Origin: Podarcis cretensis
Lineage: Eukaryota
NCBI GenBank assembly: GCA_951804945.1
Contig: OX638152.1
Coordinates: 55,366,001 to 55,430,000 of the forward strand
DNA: 64,000 nucleotides
Direction of reading: 5' to 3'
The notes below the pieces were generated by a model that had not been told where the DNA came from, searched no databases, and worked only from the letters and a program-made list of their open reading frames with translations. This document shows, one piece after another, positions 25,013 through 40,424 of the stretch (the stretch's first letter is position 1; each line of letters begins with the position of its first letter). Both the position numbers and the translations under genes were made by a program.

Positions 25013-26304
25013 TACCTTCAATGGCTATTTATTTATTTATTTATTTAAGGGTTTATATTCTCCCTTTTGATGAATGTTTCAAGTTAGCTAACAATAGACT
25101 ATAAGCAGTGTAATAAAAACAAATACAATTAGAACAGCGACAGGTGGTATTAAGACAATGACCTGGAATCCAGGTTTCTATGACTGGAATTATGCTCTGG
25201 TTCAAATGAGGGGAGGTGCTATTTACCAATTTCCCCTTTCTCTTCTGCAGATCTGCTCCAGAGGGCCAGGGAACCCCCCAGAACAGCATGGATGGTGGTG
25301 CTACGGAGGAGAAATTAGCAAAAACCACTTTTCCCATGCCACAGGTAGGAGCCTCCGGTGGATTAGAACCCTTCTGTAAACAGAAGGCGCTCTTCATGGA
25401 TGGGCAACCCAGCATCCAAGCCACTAAAGTTAACAGATTGGTAGTCATTAAAATACCCCTCACACTCTGGTAACCATAGTGTGGTTACTCCCACCCCAGT
25501 GCTGATAATGTTCAAAAGAGATTACATGGAAGTGGCCTGGAAAGAAACACTGTCAATGGAAGTCACCATTTTGTTGGCCCAACACATCTGATTGCTTCTA
25601 CGTTTCAAACATAGCTGGCATAAGTTAACAGGACTACTGAGCCTGAGTTCCAACTTTGGCACATTTGCTTATCTTTGTCTAGGGATCTACAGGGACAGGG
25701 GCATCCTATTGATCCCACTAAACTTTTAAATTGCATTTGAAACTATTGATCTTGATGTTACATACAATTTTCTTAGCTGAAGACTGCTATGCAGTAAAAG
25801 CCTTTATTCAAGCCTATAAGTAAACAAGCAGTTTGTCATCAGAAGTGTGTGTGTGTGTGTGTGTGCACCCAGGAGGGGGGTGATTTCTTCAGTCCTCTAT
25901 GCCAATCCATACAACACCCACACACTGTTCCAAGCATGTAGAATTTAACAACTTGACTTGAAAATTGTTCATTTTCAGCTATCATGGAAATATATAACAG
26001 TTTCTTAAGCTAGCAGAAGAGACAGTGTCATTGAAGTCGAGCCAGTTATGTGGGTGTAAGATGATTAAGGTGGATGTTGTGTAGGTGGAAAAGGAATACT
26101 ATAATTTTTATTTTTTTTAAGATTGTGCTTCTAACACATTTAATATTCTCTTCCAGAATGTCTGGAGTTCTTATTATGAAGGTATTGCCAACTATGAATC
26201 TAGGCCTTAATTCATTGTCACACTACAGTCTGGGAGCCTAGTTACAGCTAGGCTAAATAAAAATGGTGCCCAGAAGCTATAAAATGAGAATGAAGAATGA
26301 ATAC

Positions 26305-26306
<2 letters not shown>

Positions 26307-26371
<65 letters not shown>
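26307..26371. repeat. Compound (CT)n(CA)n microsatellite
   Basis: Read directly from the sequence. Confidence 0.95.
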
Positions 26372-26515
26372 TCCACTATCTAGCATGACCATGAGGCAGT
26401 TGAGATGTCTTAAGTCAGCGGGACAATAATCCACTGAAAAAGTTTCTTCTTCCTCTTCCTTAGATTGTGATTTACTTAAATTCTAGCCGCCTTCCACACA
26501 AGTCAGGAAGACGAA

Positions 26516-26548
<33 letters not shown>

Positions 26549-26551
<3 letters not shown>

Positions 26552-27059
26552 TGTGAGTTTTGGGGAGGGATAGGTTGTATGATTGAGCCCCCTTTTAATG
26601 GATTCAATTCCTAGAATAGCCAGGCTAGCTTTCTGGTGAGGTAATGGTCCTCTAACTATGGAGCATTAAGTAACAAAGGAAATGACAGCAAATGGATGAG
26701 TCTCCCTCCTTCAATTTGCTGGTAGTTAGAAAGACAAAGGCCAGAGTTGAGAGTTTGAGTTATGTGAACTAGAAGATAGAAGCAAGGCTGCAGGCTGGGC
26801 AGAGGTGAGATAAGAGCTATGCTTGATTTCTGCTGGAATCAAAGGCTGTGGCTTTGGGAGAAGCAAGATCCTCTCGGGGTATTAATGCTGTGAACCTCTC
26901 CATCGTAGGCTCAAGTTGTATATATGTGTAAATAAACCACATAGCATAAAGACGCCCCAGTCTCTGCTATCCCTCATTCCAAAGGAAACACAAACCCTGG
27001 GTAAGCGCCTGGAACCTCTGGAATTTTGTACTACTGAGAGATTGGGGTAGTGTGCAACA
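26549..27059 (+). mobile_element. Solo LTR (Gypsy-like), 511 bp
   Basis: TGCTG...CAACA termini; TATA-like tract then AATAAA near 26930; clearly homologous to 48762-49604; preceded by (AC)n at 26516-26548. Confidence 0.75.
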
Positions 27060-28220
27060 ATATAATAGTTTGCAAGTAGCAGAAATCTGAAATCCCAGAA
27101 TTTTATTTTTAATTTGGAGGGGGACCCATAGCTATGCTGCAATGGTATTGAAAATGTTATCATTGACATAAGTGGCAGATTTGTTATTTGATTTGATTAT
27201 TCACATTTCAAATCCAAGGAAATCTACAGGATATAAATGGACCATAAGATTTAAATGAGATTACGCAAAATAAAATAAAATATAAACATAAAGTTTTTCC
27301 TTTCTATAAACTTAATGGGACTTTGGCATCCATCACTGCCTATCAGGAAAAGCTCAGAGCCAAATCTCTGTCACAATCAATCAGAACTTACTGTCTTGCT
27401 CTAGCTCTTAAACACCTCAATTATCTTTTACCTGCAGTAAAAGCTTTTTGAAAGAAATTGTCAAACAAAGTGGGTTCTGCTCACCTCTGAAACAAAATAT
27501 GTTTGAAACACAGAGTGCACCCCCCTTGTTTTGTGGAGGGGGAAAACAATTCCTGATGGCATTAAGTCAGAATAAAATTCTAGTACATTTCAATGAGGTT
27601 TTATCACATTGTTACTTTTTTGTTTTATTTCATGGCTACCTACAATTTGTGTGTGTTTTGAGGTATTCTGCTTGGGCCAAGCAATCCTATGCTTAATGTA
27701 TACTAGGTCTGGACATGATGATGATGATTTATTCGACTTATTTGTTGCTTACATCAAAAAGGCCTTTAAGTGATTTGCAAAAACGTTAAAAGCTAAAAAG
27801 CAACACATTTCAATAAAGCTTTTCCAAAGAGCCACAAACAAACCCAGCAGAAAAACAACTAAGACCTCAGCAGCAAGAACATTTCATCCAGTGGGCCAAC
27901 AACCAACTTGTCATGATCTGTCAAATGCCTGGGAGAAAAGATACGTTTTAACTTTGTGCCAGAAAGATGTTGTTGATGGTGCCTGGCATTGCTGCTGTTA
28001 TGCTGGTGGAATGGCTGCAGAATCCTAAATCAGCTTAGCTGGGGAAGGGAAGATAGATAGGAAGAAAATACAACAATGGTGGGACAGCGACATTAACTGC
28101 CCCCATGTCCTTGGAAATACTCTCAGGCACAGAGTTGGGTGCTACCCAGCGGGGCTGGTCTTTCAGGCAAAATAGCAGTGGGAGATTGATCTCATGGGTG
28201 CTGGGGGGAGAGATGAGCCC

Positions 28221-28264
28221 CCTTGTTCCATTACAGGAAAGACCTTGTTCCATTACAGGAAAGA
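28221..28264. repeat. 22-bp perfect tandem duplication
   Basis: CCTTGTTCCATTACAGGAAAGA x2. Confidence 0.95.
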
Positions 28265-29186
28265 CCATGCCCTGTCAGATTGTAAGAATGTCTTTCCAGT
28301 TTTCAGAGCTAGGAGTCTGCTTCTGCCTCTCCTTCCAGGGCTTTGTTTTCCTCTGCTGGTAATAGGCAAAATGGTGGGTCTCTTGCCTTTCCCAGGGAGG
28401 TCCACTTCAGCTCACCAAACATTCTGTTCTGGATGCTACCAGCTCTCTTCAGCTACTGTAGGGGAGTGTTCGTATTAATAGATGTCCACCCTTCCAGATG
28501 CTTGGTATACCTGAGCAAGCTCATTTGTAGGTGCAGATGGCTGCATTCAAGCCACCTGACCAGATCTTAGCAGATGGGAAGCAGTGTTCTGCTTAGCAAT
28601 TTTTTGCTAAGGTCAATTTTTTTGGGGAGTTATAATCAACACACACTTCTGAAATGACAGTTTATTTTCTTTCTTTAAAATGTTCCTCTGAAAAAGTGAC
28701 CTGAATCTTTTGACATTAATTCACTCCACTTGCACTGTTTGGGTTTCAGATATGCAGTGTTAAAATACCCTGATACTTAAATCAGTGGAAAATTCTGCTG
28801 CTCTGGATATATTGTAGAAGCTTTTCTTCTTTCTATTTCTAATTCAGATGCTTTCACCAGAATATCTGTATTTATGACCTTCATATTTGGTAGCAAAATT
28901 AACTTGTCTTTAAGTTCCTTGGTGGAAGAGAAAGATAAGTTGCTGCTTTTCTTGCTGCCACTGTTGTTAAGCCATTTATATCACAGTATTAGGAATCAAT
29001 AGCTATGCTATTTGGCATGTCACAAAGTTGAAATAAACACTGCCAGTTCTTCAAATTCTAAAGAATGTTGCAAGAACGCTGAATGTTGAAGTAACAGGAT
29101 CCACAAAAAGACATACCTCACACAGTGATAATACAGAATCAGATTTGAAATATGAGGGCTGCAAGCCTAAGTACTGATTTAGAATT

Positions 29187-29324
29187 CAGGGATGAGAAGC
29201 TAGTGCCCCTCCAGATGTTGTTGGACTCCAGCTCCCATCAGCCCCAGCAAGCAAGGCTAATAGTCAGGGGATGATGGGAGTTGTAGTCCAACCGTCTCTG
29301 CCAAGCCACAGGTTTTTTCATCCA
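29187..29324. mobile_element. Small hairpin MITE of the GGACTACAACTCCCATCA / TGATGGGAGTTGTAGTCC family
   Basis: Internal inverted repeat; related copies at about 45970-46080, 55551-55688 and a split copy at 56747-57340. Confidence 0.75.
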
Positions 29325-30503
29325 CACTTTATGTTTTTAAGACTGTCTGCTATTCATTGTACCCAGTCATAATGATGGTGTTCTTTATATCTAATTCCAT
29401 GAAAAATAATAATGTGATAAGTCAGGTCTGCCAAAGATTTTATAGTTTAGTTAGAATAGATCTGATTGAAAAGTTGGGTGCCAGGATGGGCAATTATTAG
29501 TGGGGGAGAGGTATCATAAGATTTGTATACATTACATTTCTGTGCAGAAAAAAGGTGAACATACTCCTGTTACAGAATTTTTGTATACTGTGAGACTCTA
29601 CTTTTCCTTTTTAAAAAGAGCAGGTTTCTCGTTTTTATTGGCAGGAAAATAGGCACAGTATGGGGAACCTCCCAAATTTGTGGGAATTTCAGTATCCATT
29701 GGGAAGGGTTTCAGTGCTCTACATAGCTTCTTGCTCCCCACTCTATAATTCTATGATCTAGCTAAGAGTTCTTGCATTGCAGGGGGTTGAACTAGATGAC
29801 CCTCGGGGGGTCGTTATGTAAATGTGAAATTGTGCTTAACTGCATACAGATTATAGAATTTGAGTTACCTTGATGTGAAACTTATGGCTTTTTAAAGCAC
29901 AGAGGACACATAGCTCTGATGGTAGAGAACAACCGAAGTCATTCATTAGCACACTGTTAAAGGGACAATAATCCATCAGTCAACAGGGTGATAGTTAAGA
30001 GTCGAGCCAACTTTGTAAGGTGGCAATCTATTTGATGGCCTCATTTGGTATCTAAATAACGGTCTGTGTGCACAGTTTACTGCTTTCCAAACACATTTTC
30101 CACAGCTGGTGAGCATGCTTTTTATGTAACCGCAAACCCTTCTACAAACATTACGCTCGAGCTGTTCATCTGTCAGAAACATAAATGAAATTTCAAACAG
30201 ATTTAGATGATTAGCTATAAAGAAATTACTTTTATACAGTTTTTTTAAAAGAGTAATTTGAGCCTTAAAAAAAAAAATCTCACATGTAATTATCTTATTT
30301 TTAAGCAAACAAAAATGTTTTTGACATAGTACGGAAAGCAGGGTGGAAAGAGTGTCCATAACCCCCTGTGGCTACACATGGTTCAAATTCTCACATGTGG
30401 AATCGAAACAAAACTTGATTGCTTTAGTTGGTGGATGGCAGGCACACACATCAGCTTCCTGTTCGGTTGTTGATGATAAAAACTTTGCACTCTTGGATTA
30501 CTT

Positions 30504-30587
30504 GATTGGGCTGATTTGGTTACAAGCAACACACAACTATGAACTCGATTGGGCTGATTTGGTTACAAGCAACACACAAATGTGAAC
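30504..30587. repeat. 43-bp tandem duplication
   Basis: GATTGGGCTGATTTGGTTACAAGCAACACACAA occurs at 30504 and 30547. Confidence 0.9.
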
Positions 30588-31801
30588 ATGCTAAGCAGTC
30601 CTCTCACTGAAGCCATGTGTGCCAGGGAGCTAAGCCATGGTCTGACTTAGCATTATGTCTGAACCCATGGTTTGTCTCATTCTAACCAAACCATGAGCTG
30701 TAAAGCCTTGGTTACAGCTTGTGGCTTGTTTGGAATGAGACAAACCATGAACCCCAAACTATGACTGAGCTCCTGGTAGCATGGCAACAACAGGAGTGGG
30801 AAAGGAACGAAGTGGCCAGGATTGTCCCACTGTGCACCAGCAGTGCATGCTCACTCATTCATGCTAAGCCAAAGTTTGGCTTCCAATTATATTCAAGGTA
30901 GACTACTCTCTAATAAAGTCTGCCAAACCTTACTGAACCAGACAGTTTGGAGGATAGACCCAGCTCCTTCCAGCTGAACTTCTCTGTGGGGTTGCCAGTC
31001 CAAAAGATAAATGTGTTCTTTTAAAGTTTGCATTTTTATTTTTTTTGAAAAATGGGACTATTTGTAAGTAGTACCAGCAGAGCCTGGAAGACTGCCTTCC
31101 TTCGACAGACAGACAGACAGACAGACTGACAGACAAGTGGACAACTGTAGTAATATTCCACTTCACAGGATAACTTGTGAAGGTGTTGGGGTTGGGTTGT
31201 TAGTCTGCTTAATCTGCTCTAATTGTGCATGATTTAAATGGATAAGACATCTTGCTGTAAACTTGATTATTATTCACGCCTTCCCAGTTTTATTATAGGT
31301 CTTATGTTATGTAAGCCATCAAAGAATTATTTCCAGTTCATCATTATAGTTCATGGTAATCACCATTAACATTTCTGAGCTACAGATTTAGGATTGTATT
31401 TTACTTCTTGGTGCCAATGTTCTCAAAGCAACATGGATTTGCAATGTGCCTATCTTGACTGGTCACCTGTGCCTTTGCCTTGACATTTAGCAGGGTTTGT
31501 TTGTAGCTGCCTTTCCTTTTACTGTGCACACACCTGGTTTGTGCCATTATTCTCCTGCACACTGCCTTGATGAATTTTTGATGAAATGCACTTCTGGGTT
31601 CCCAATGCCTATTAATGTCTTTTATTTGGAGAGAACAGTTTGCAGTGGCCCTGGCTGTGCCTCCTGTTTTTGCAGTGTCAGATCCATCAGTCTATCCAGA
31701 CCAGCCTCTCCCTTTATGACTTTGGTCACTTGGTTTTCTTTCTTGTTTGCGAATGCGCCTGTTTCTCTGACATAATCAGTAGGCTCTATGGCTCATCAAA
31801 T

Positions 31802-31854
31802 GGAGTTTCCCTAGGGGGTAAAGTTAGGGGAGTTTCCCTAGGGGGTAAAGTTAG
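31802..31854. repeat. 27-bp-period tandem duplication
   Basis: GGAGTTTCCCTAGGGGGTAAAGTTAG x2. Confidence 0.95.
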
Positions 31855-32313
31855 CCTAGTTCTTCCCGAAGATGGCAGTTGTGATTCTGTAACAACAACA
31901 ATAGTAATAATAAAAACGGAAGAAGCATTCTCATTGCTATGGCACCCGTGTGTTTTCTTAATGCCATGAAATGGAAGCATGGCATGAACTACATGTGGTG
32001 GCTGTCTGGGGAGCAAGAGAAGGGCTATGGCTTAGAAATCTGCTCTGGATTTTCAGTCAGCATCCCCCACTGCAACTGTGGTTTCTGCTCCTACGGGGCC
32101 AAGACTCAAAAGGAGCCATCAGGCCATACAGTCCATCTACCTGCTGGCCCATCTCCAAGGATCAGCCTATGGAATCCAAAGCACAGGGTGCCACAGTTTG
32201 AGGGCATGTACATGGAAGACTGTCTTACAGAAGAATATGAATATATTAATTTTCCATCTAGCCCAGAACCATTTGCTACTCTGAGTGGTAGCAGCTATCT
32301 GAGGCTTCATTTT

Positions 32314-32437
32314 GAGGCGCCCGCCCTGTGGAATGTCCTCCCATCAGATTTCAAGGAAATAAACAACTATCTGACTTTTAGAAGACAACTGAAGGCAGCT
32401 CTGTTTAGGGAAGTTTTTAATGTTTGATGTTTTTATC

Positions 32438-32476
<39 letters not shown>
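32314..32476 (+). mobile_element. L2/CR1-group LINE 3' fragment ending in (TAT)n
   Basis: Translates APALWNVLPSDFKEINNYLTFRRQLKAALFREVF, typical of an ORF2 C-terminus; followed by a TAT microsatellite. Confidence 0.75.
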
Positions 32477-32477
<1 letters not shown>

Positions 32478-33147
32478 TTGGGATGTTTAGGGATTTCCAT
32501 ATGTGTTTGGGGGGCTAGCTAAATGTGGAAATGTCTGAAAATGTGATTCTCTCTTTGAACCAAGATTAAACCAAATGTGAATATTGAACTGACCTGAGCT
32601 TGCAATTAACCAGAGCATGCTTTGGATTCTAAACTTAATAATGCAGAGACTGTAGCAAAAGAGTATCTGATTCCTGTGATGAAGCAATGCTTTTCTTTTC
32701 CTGGCAGAATGAACCACCAGGTGGGCATCAGCAAATAATTTAGCACAACAGTTCTCAAAGAAAGCTAATTTGCTGCCCTGAATCTCTCCTAGAATTTGTC
32801 CTCACCGGGCAATGAATCAAAGCGTCAAACAGTGATGGGTGGATTGCAGGTCTTGGGGAAGAAAGAAGCAACTTTTTTCTCTCCCCCCCCCACTCCATTT
32901 ACTTTAGAACTTCAAAAAGATCCAGTGCCCTCTAAACCCTACTCCGAGTTCTTGTTTTTCCTGCTTGCATCATCTCCTTTCAAGAATGAATATTCCAAAC
33001 TGAACCTTTTGCTCAACTTACATTTTTTTGGAGGCCTGAAGACACTCACTGGGACAAAACTGGAGAAGATTAGCATCTTGTATTTTCTCTCTGATTATAT
33101 CTTACCTCTTTCATAATGCTTATGCACCTTTTCAAAATAACATGTTA

Positions 33148-34152
<1,005 letters not shown>

Positions 34153-34564
34153 TCAGCATCTTGATATTCACAATACCCCATGCATGAAACAACCAATGCT
34201 TTTGTCATTGATAACTAAGGATCCTTCCATGCATCCATTTAATTGTGCATTCAAGATGATTTGTGCTCATTATAGCATCAGGGCGGTTATACTTGAACCC
34301 ACTTTCCATACTGTTTGCACCTGCAAAAGTTATGAGGTGGCCTTATTACTTTGTTTTCAGTCAGTGACTTCCTGCTGAAATCCTGTCTGAAATTGCGTTA
34401 GCCCTTTTTTTTATTGCACCTGCATCACAGACGGTCAAAAATAATAATAAACATGCTTACCACCTACATACATGGGAATCGCTTCTTTCTCCCATTTCCT
34501 TATTCTGTTTTCTATACTCAATCATATATATGTTGTCAGTTTCTTCATGAATGCATCCTATGTA

Positions 34565-34805
34565 CAGTGGTACCTTGGTTTACGAACTTAATCCATTCCG
34601 GAAGTCTGTTCTTAAACCGAAACCATTCTTAAACTGAGGCATGCTTTCCCTAATGAGGCCTCCCACCGCCGGTGCCCTTCCACCGTTTGGATTCTGTTCT
34701 AAGTCTGAGGTAAAGTTCGCAAACCGGGACACTACTTCAGGTTTTGTGGAGTTCATAAACTGAATCGTTCTTAAACAGGACTGTTCTTAAACCGATGTAG
34801 CACTG
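34565..34805. mobile_element. Tc1/mariner-type MITE
   Basis: TA|CAGTGGTACCTTGGTTTA...TAAACCGATGTAGCACTG|TA. Confidence 0.85.
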
Positions 34806-37800
34806 TATATATAAACATACCTAGTCCTCATAAATTCCACGTGGGTTGGTAAACCTGAAATGTACCACTCCAGGGTAGAGGTGAAAAGCTCACAAACACT
34901 AATTACTGAAATAGGCATGGAGGTCTGGTAGTTAGGGTACCACTTTTACGGCCAATAAAGAATTTTGCGGTTGTGCAGCCAAGCCTTTTCTGCTGCCATG
35001 ATTGAGCTCCACAATGCCAAGCTCCTAGGAACACAGCCCTTGAGACTTGAGCCCACTAATGTTCCTTTTTCCTCCCAGATTACTCTGGACACTTCTCACT
35101 GTTCAACGGGCATTGGTATTGGATAGGGAACAAATAGGTTTCTTTTTCTCCTCCAACTTCTGTGAAAAAATTCGTTGGTGTGTGGGAGATAAAAAAAGGA
35201 ACCCTTTCCCTTCTCATCATGGTATGTGATGCCTGGTCACTTACTGTTTCTCCCCCCTCTCTGACTTACTAGACAGTGAGAAAGGAATAGTTGGATATCT
35301 TTTTTAAAAATCTTCCCAAAATGTTTTATGAAGGTTGCCAGGCACGCTGGCTCAAGTGTGTATGGCAACCTCTGCAAAAACATTTGGGAAAGGGAAAAGA
35401 GGAAGCCATTCATTCCTTTCCAGCTCCCTGGTCCAGCCTTTCACCTCGTCACCTGGTACTGGTGGTGACAACCTCCACAATGTCGAAAACCCCCCAACCT
35501 AAGTTAAAACTAAGTAGGAATGCTGCATATGGGGCACTCTGGGAAAATGAAGATGGGAGGCAGAGCTGTCTGGAGTGCATCAGCTCTGTACGAAGATTTT
35601 AAAAAATAAAGAAAAGATGTTCCGGCAACTGCTGGTGTGGCCCAGTCATGTTGGGTCCTTTTGGACTGTAGGGCCAGGTCCTGTGTGCTAGTAGTCTGGC
35701 TCTAAAAGTGCTGCTGCTTCAGATTTCAACAGCAGCCTTTTAAAAATCTCTCTTTTAAAATATCTAAAACATGGATGAATCATATAGGTTTGAAAGGACA
35801 GAAAAAACATAAAAGGTGTGTTTGTTCTGTAGTAAACATATGAAATATCAGTACTCTGTTCTCTACACCATGTTGGATACTAAGCGGACAGATGTCTGAA
35901 TGTTGTTTTTCTTTTGAGACTTTTGTTTCTTTGTAGTAGAATTGTTAAAATGTCTAGATGGAGGCAAACTACTTCCAAAAGAACACACTCTCGGCTTTCC
36001 ATTGTCTCAGAACTTTTCTAGCTATCAAGCATGTACTTCCTTTCCCAATCAGTTGTTTATTTCAAAGTAAGGTCTAACACCTCAGAATGCAGTAATATTT
36101 CTGTGTTTGGGTCTATCAACTTATAGGACACTTTCAAAAAAATCTGCCTATTTCATGAGGGGCTATTAGGATTGGCAAAGCAGCTCTGAGGGTTCACCCA
36201 CACTTCCTCCTGTCCCTTTTTTCATCCTGCCGCTAATGTTTACTGCTGAAGTGGAACAAATGTAAATTGGGTATTTTTTTTGGCAGACTGATGCTTGTTC
36301 CAATTCAGCAGTAAGCATTGGGTTTTCCTGTGGAAAGGAGTGGGACAAAAACAAAAAACAAATAACTATCAGATCCATGCCTAGAAATCAGGGGGAAGCA
36401 AGATAAATCACGGGACAAACAGAAGTGCCCTTACAGTGAGGTAACAAAGCTGCCTCCCTGGATTACTCCACATTGGATATTGAAATGGAATAACGGATGC
36501 ACTTCTCTGTCTTTCCCCAATATAACAAAATAGCAGGGCATGGGGATTAAAATGTGGAGCTATAATGGCTCTGAAATAACTCAGAAATTTATCTGTTATG
36601 TCTCTACCACCTCCTGTTGCAGGTCTCCCAATTACATTTCCTGCTACATAATTTCTATATAAAATTGTACGAAGATTATCAGAATAGGTACTGCATACTA
36701 AGAACACAAGAACGACTAGCTTCTGAAGCAGAACTACTAATCCTGTATTAGATTCCCGAAGAGAGCAATTCCCCAAGATGCTTCACTAACTCAAAGCTTT
36801 CTCTCCCTCTCTTAGTTTTTGCCCTAAAAAAATAAAAAATAAAATCCTTCTAGCTATCTCTCTGGTAAGTGATGGGAGCAAAATTCAATTCTTTTTTTGC
36901 ATTTAACCAAATTCACACCTTTTTTTTGGGGGGGGGGGGAGAAACAAACCCCAAAAGACGGCCTTTCTTCAGAAGTCAGAGTCTGGTGAAACGGAAAGCT
37001 CTTCCACTGCCTTACTAGCGCAGTCAGCGGGCATAGTGTGCCCTAAGGTAGTACTGTATATTCACTTCCTATGTGGCCAGTATGGAAGCCAATGGGGCAT
37101 GCAGAGCAGGGATGGTTCACTCTGCTCTATCAGCCTGATGCCCAGAGCAGGGATGGAGAGGGAAGGGGCTTTGGGAGAGTGCAGGAGGCCAGATGTCTGA
37201 GGCACCTAGTGGGCCACATTTGCCCCCCCCCCAATTATGAGGAGCTAAAATCAGGAAACAAAGGTATCTTGAGACAGACAAAATTGAGCTGTTTCCTGGC
37301 ATCCCCCTTGAGAAAAGCTCCTTAAAAAGAAAATCTCTTCTGCGCTCCTTCTAACAACATAGTCCAGGAGTATTTCCTCCATCACCAATCAGTGGTTACT
37401 CTGATGCAGTAAGATGGGCTTCCAGATGCACGAGCTATTAGCAATGTGGTGCCTCTTGACAGTTCCCCAGGGCAGTCTCAGATCCCAAAGGCACACGCTA
37501 GCTTGGCAGGAGTTCCTCAGCTGTATTAGGGTGGTGAACCTGTTATAGGTGGGTTTAGAGCTATGCACAAGTCCAAACTTGTCAGCTTTAGTGAATGCAG
37601 AAAGGAGTTTTTAAAAAGAAGCAGAAGCAGATATAACAATCTTCTGAAACATTTGGGCTTTGACACCTCTGACTACATAGCTTTTAATTTTGCTCTTTGT
37701 GGTTAGTTTAGTGAGGATGATTATGCTGAAATTCCTTCACAGTTCCACCCACCACTAGCACACCCCTCCTAGTCAGGCCTTAGTGATATGTAAAGAGACA

Positions 37801-38807
37801 TTTTTGATTCAAGATATCCTTATCAGTCTATTTCAGCCCAATCTCTCTGATGAGACTGAGGATGACTAGAAATAAGACAAATAATTAAGGGGGACGAGGA
37901 TCTACAGGGGGTCTAAATCTGTAGACTGCAGTTTTGCTAGGGAATTACCTTTGAATTTTTGAACTGAATGCTCCAGAGGCAAAATTAGGGTATTGCTGAA
38001 GCCTACTTTGTAAGATGTAATGTTTGCTTTAGAACTGGTATTTCCAAGGCTAATTTGCAGCATTAGTATGGTAGATTTAATTTGGGAATCTCAAATATGA
38101 ATCCTTGCCACACTGTGTGAAAAGCAGTGTGTGTGTGTGTGAGAGAGAGAGAGTGGGAGTGTTTTTATAAGTGGCCATTAATTATATGAAACTCCATAAC
38201 GAGTGAATGTGCAAAGTGTATGATTTTTCAGTTGGCTTTGCCCCTCATCCACCGAAGCAGGACTGGAAATGAATGGGAGAAAGAGAGAATGATGAATAAT
38301 AGTAATTCCTAGGTGGATTTGCAACCAAAGTCCTCACTTTGCAGCAAAGCAATCGACACATTAACTTTGTCCCCACGTCAACCTGAGAAATCCCCATCAC
38401 AATAGGTCATAAGCAGAGACAGGTGTTTTTGTAGAACAATAGCTCCGGGTGATTTTTAGCACGTGGTCCAAGCCACATGATGATACCATGATTTCTTTAA
38501 ATCCCACCTTTTCAAGGTGGCTCACAAAAATTAAAACAAATACAAATAAAACACACATAGTTAAAAACATACAAAAGATTATTGTAATACTACCACTTCT
38601 AGTACTAATGCTGAGGACGTGGTGGTGCTCTGTTGCTCACTTGATCCTCTGGTTGCTCAGGTTGATGCTGCTTCCCAGGAGGTAGAAGGGAGGGGTGAGC
38701 CTGTTGCGGAGCTACAAAAGCACTAGCAGAAGTGGCACATTGACTCTGCCAGTGAGTTTTCACCACACCCACCTCGCTACTGCCTCACACCTCCCCCTTT
38801 ACTGCCT

Positions 38808-38990
38808 GGGAAGGTAAACGGCGTTTCCGTGTGCGGCTCTGGCTCTGGCCAGAGCAGCGATGTCACGCTGGCCACGTGACCCGGAAGTGTCTCCGGACAG
38901 CGCTGGCCCCTGGCCTCTTAAGTGAGATGGGCGCACAACCCCAGAGTCTGTCAAGACTGGCCCATACGGGCAGGGGTACCTTTACCTTTT
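38808..38990 (+). mobile_element. 5'-truncated Sauria SINE
   Basis: Nearly identical to the 3' half of 41506-41870; ends GTACCTTTACCTTT. Confidence 0.9.
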
Positions 38991-39557
38991 TAACCAGCAG
39001 TGGCACAACTGACTGGAGGCCAGGTGAGTGATACCACCCCACTAGGCCACCTGCTACAAAGCGATTGAATGCCATAGGATAACCTGCCTCAAGCTTTTAA
39101 AGGTCACTTGTTTGGGGTTGATGTCTCCTGGACAGCAGTTGAACCAAACCAGTTAAGCAGCTTCACGTTGTCTGCGCTCCAGACAATCAGCACAGCCAGT
39201 TAAGAAGATCTCTTTCTCCTCTGGGTCTCTCCTTCAAAATTAACTTGGGCCAAATCCATAAATGAGCGACCCATGAGCTCTATATCTGTAGTTTGCCAGC
39301 AAAATAATTACAAAAATTAAAGTTTCAAGGTAATAATCTTACATGGCCCTCTCTTTCAATCTCGTGATAGCTGAGGACCCGCCAATTAAGTTTTTATTTA
39401 TTTATAACCTACTCTTATCCTACATTTTGGCATAAAGCACCAAATACAGTATGTATTTATTTTAAAGTTTTAATTACTGGCTTGTTAACTCACCATTTAG
39501 CAAACGGATTGGCTTATGATGTTCCATCTCATTTCAGCTGCTTCAGCTTTGAGAAAT

Positions 39558-39742
39558 GGGGAAGGTGAGGCTCGTGGCAGAGTCTCTGCTTTGCTTGCAA
39601 AAGATGCCAGGTTTGGTCTCTGGCATCTCTTGATGGAGCTGGGAAAGACTTTGAAGTCTGAAGGCAGTTTGGGTAGCCAGTCTCTGCCAGTCTGTATAAA
39701 CATTACTGAGCTGGATAGTATAAAGCAGCTTCTTATGTTCCT
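39558..39742 (+). mobile_element. Degenerate Squam3-like SINE
   Basis: tRNA-like head (GGCAGAGTCTCTGCTTTGCTTGCAAAAGATGCCAGGTT) and GCAGCTTCTTATGTTCCT tail. Confidence 0.65.
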
Positions 39743-40424
39743 GTAATGAATATTGTACATTTTATGGATATAGGAGTTTAATGCCTACTGTCTCATGTGG
39801 AAGCCAGTTTTACTCCCTTTAAAAAAACACCTGATAACAGTGCTTAAATATTTAACCTTCCAATTATTTTCAGTCTTGATTTGTACCAGATCACCAGGTG
39901 TGATTTGTACCAGATCAAAGCACACCTAAATCCAAGACTCCTAGATGTATTCTGTTTAATGAATCGTGCGCCAATGAATTATATCACTTTTAATCACTAG
40001 CAGGCTGAAGAGATGTTCTCATTTTTCACTCATTTGAGTTATAAAAATGGATAAACACAAAATATGTCTATTAGGGATTTAGTCCTATTTTATCATAGCA
40101 ATGATTTGCTAACCTAGTCTTGTGGACTTGTGCAGAAAAAGAAAATAGGAATCAACAACATATCAAAGTGGTGAAATTATCCATAGATAAGATTATCTGA
40201 ACTTTAATAATCTTCTGTACTGCATGGGAAATGTTATCCAGCTTAGCCACAAAGCTTTGGATCAACAATATATAGGAATCCATATTTTCACAAAAAATAT
40301 GTAAAATGAACTAGACACGGGTGAACATAAAAACTGTCCTCTTGGATCAAACAACAAATGCTTATCTAGTTCTCTGTTCTGTCCCTGCAGTGACCAGCTA
40401 GATGTCCCCAGAAAACTCATAAGA

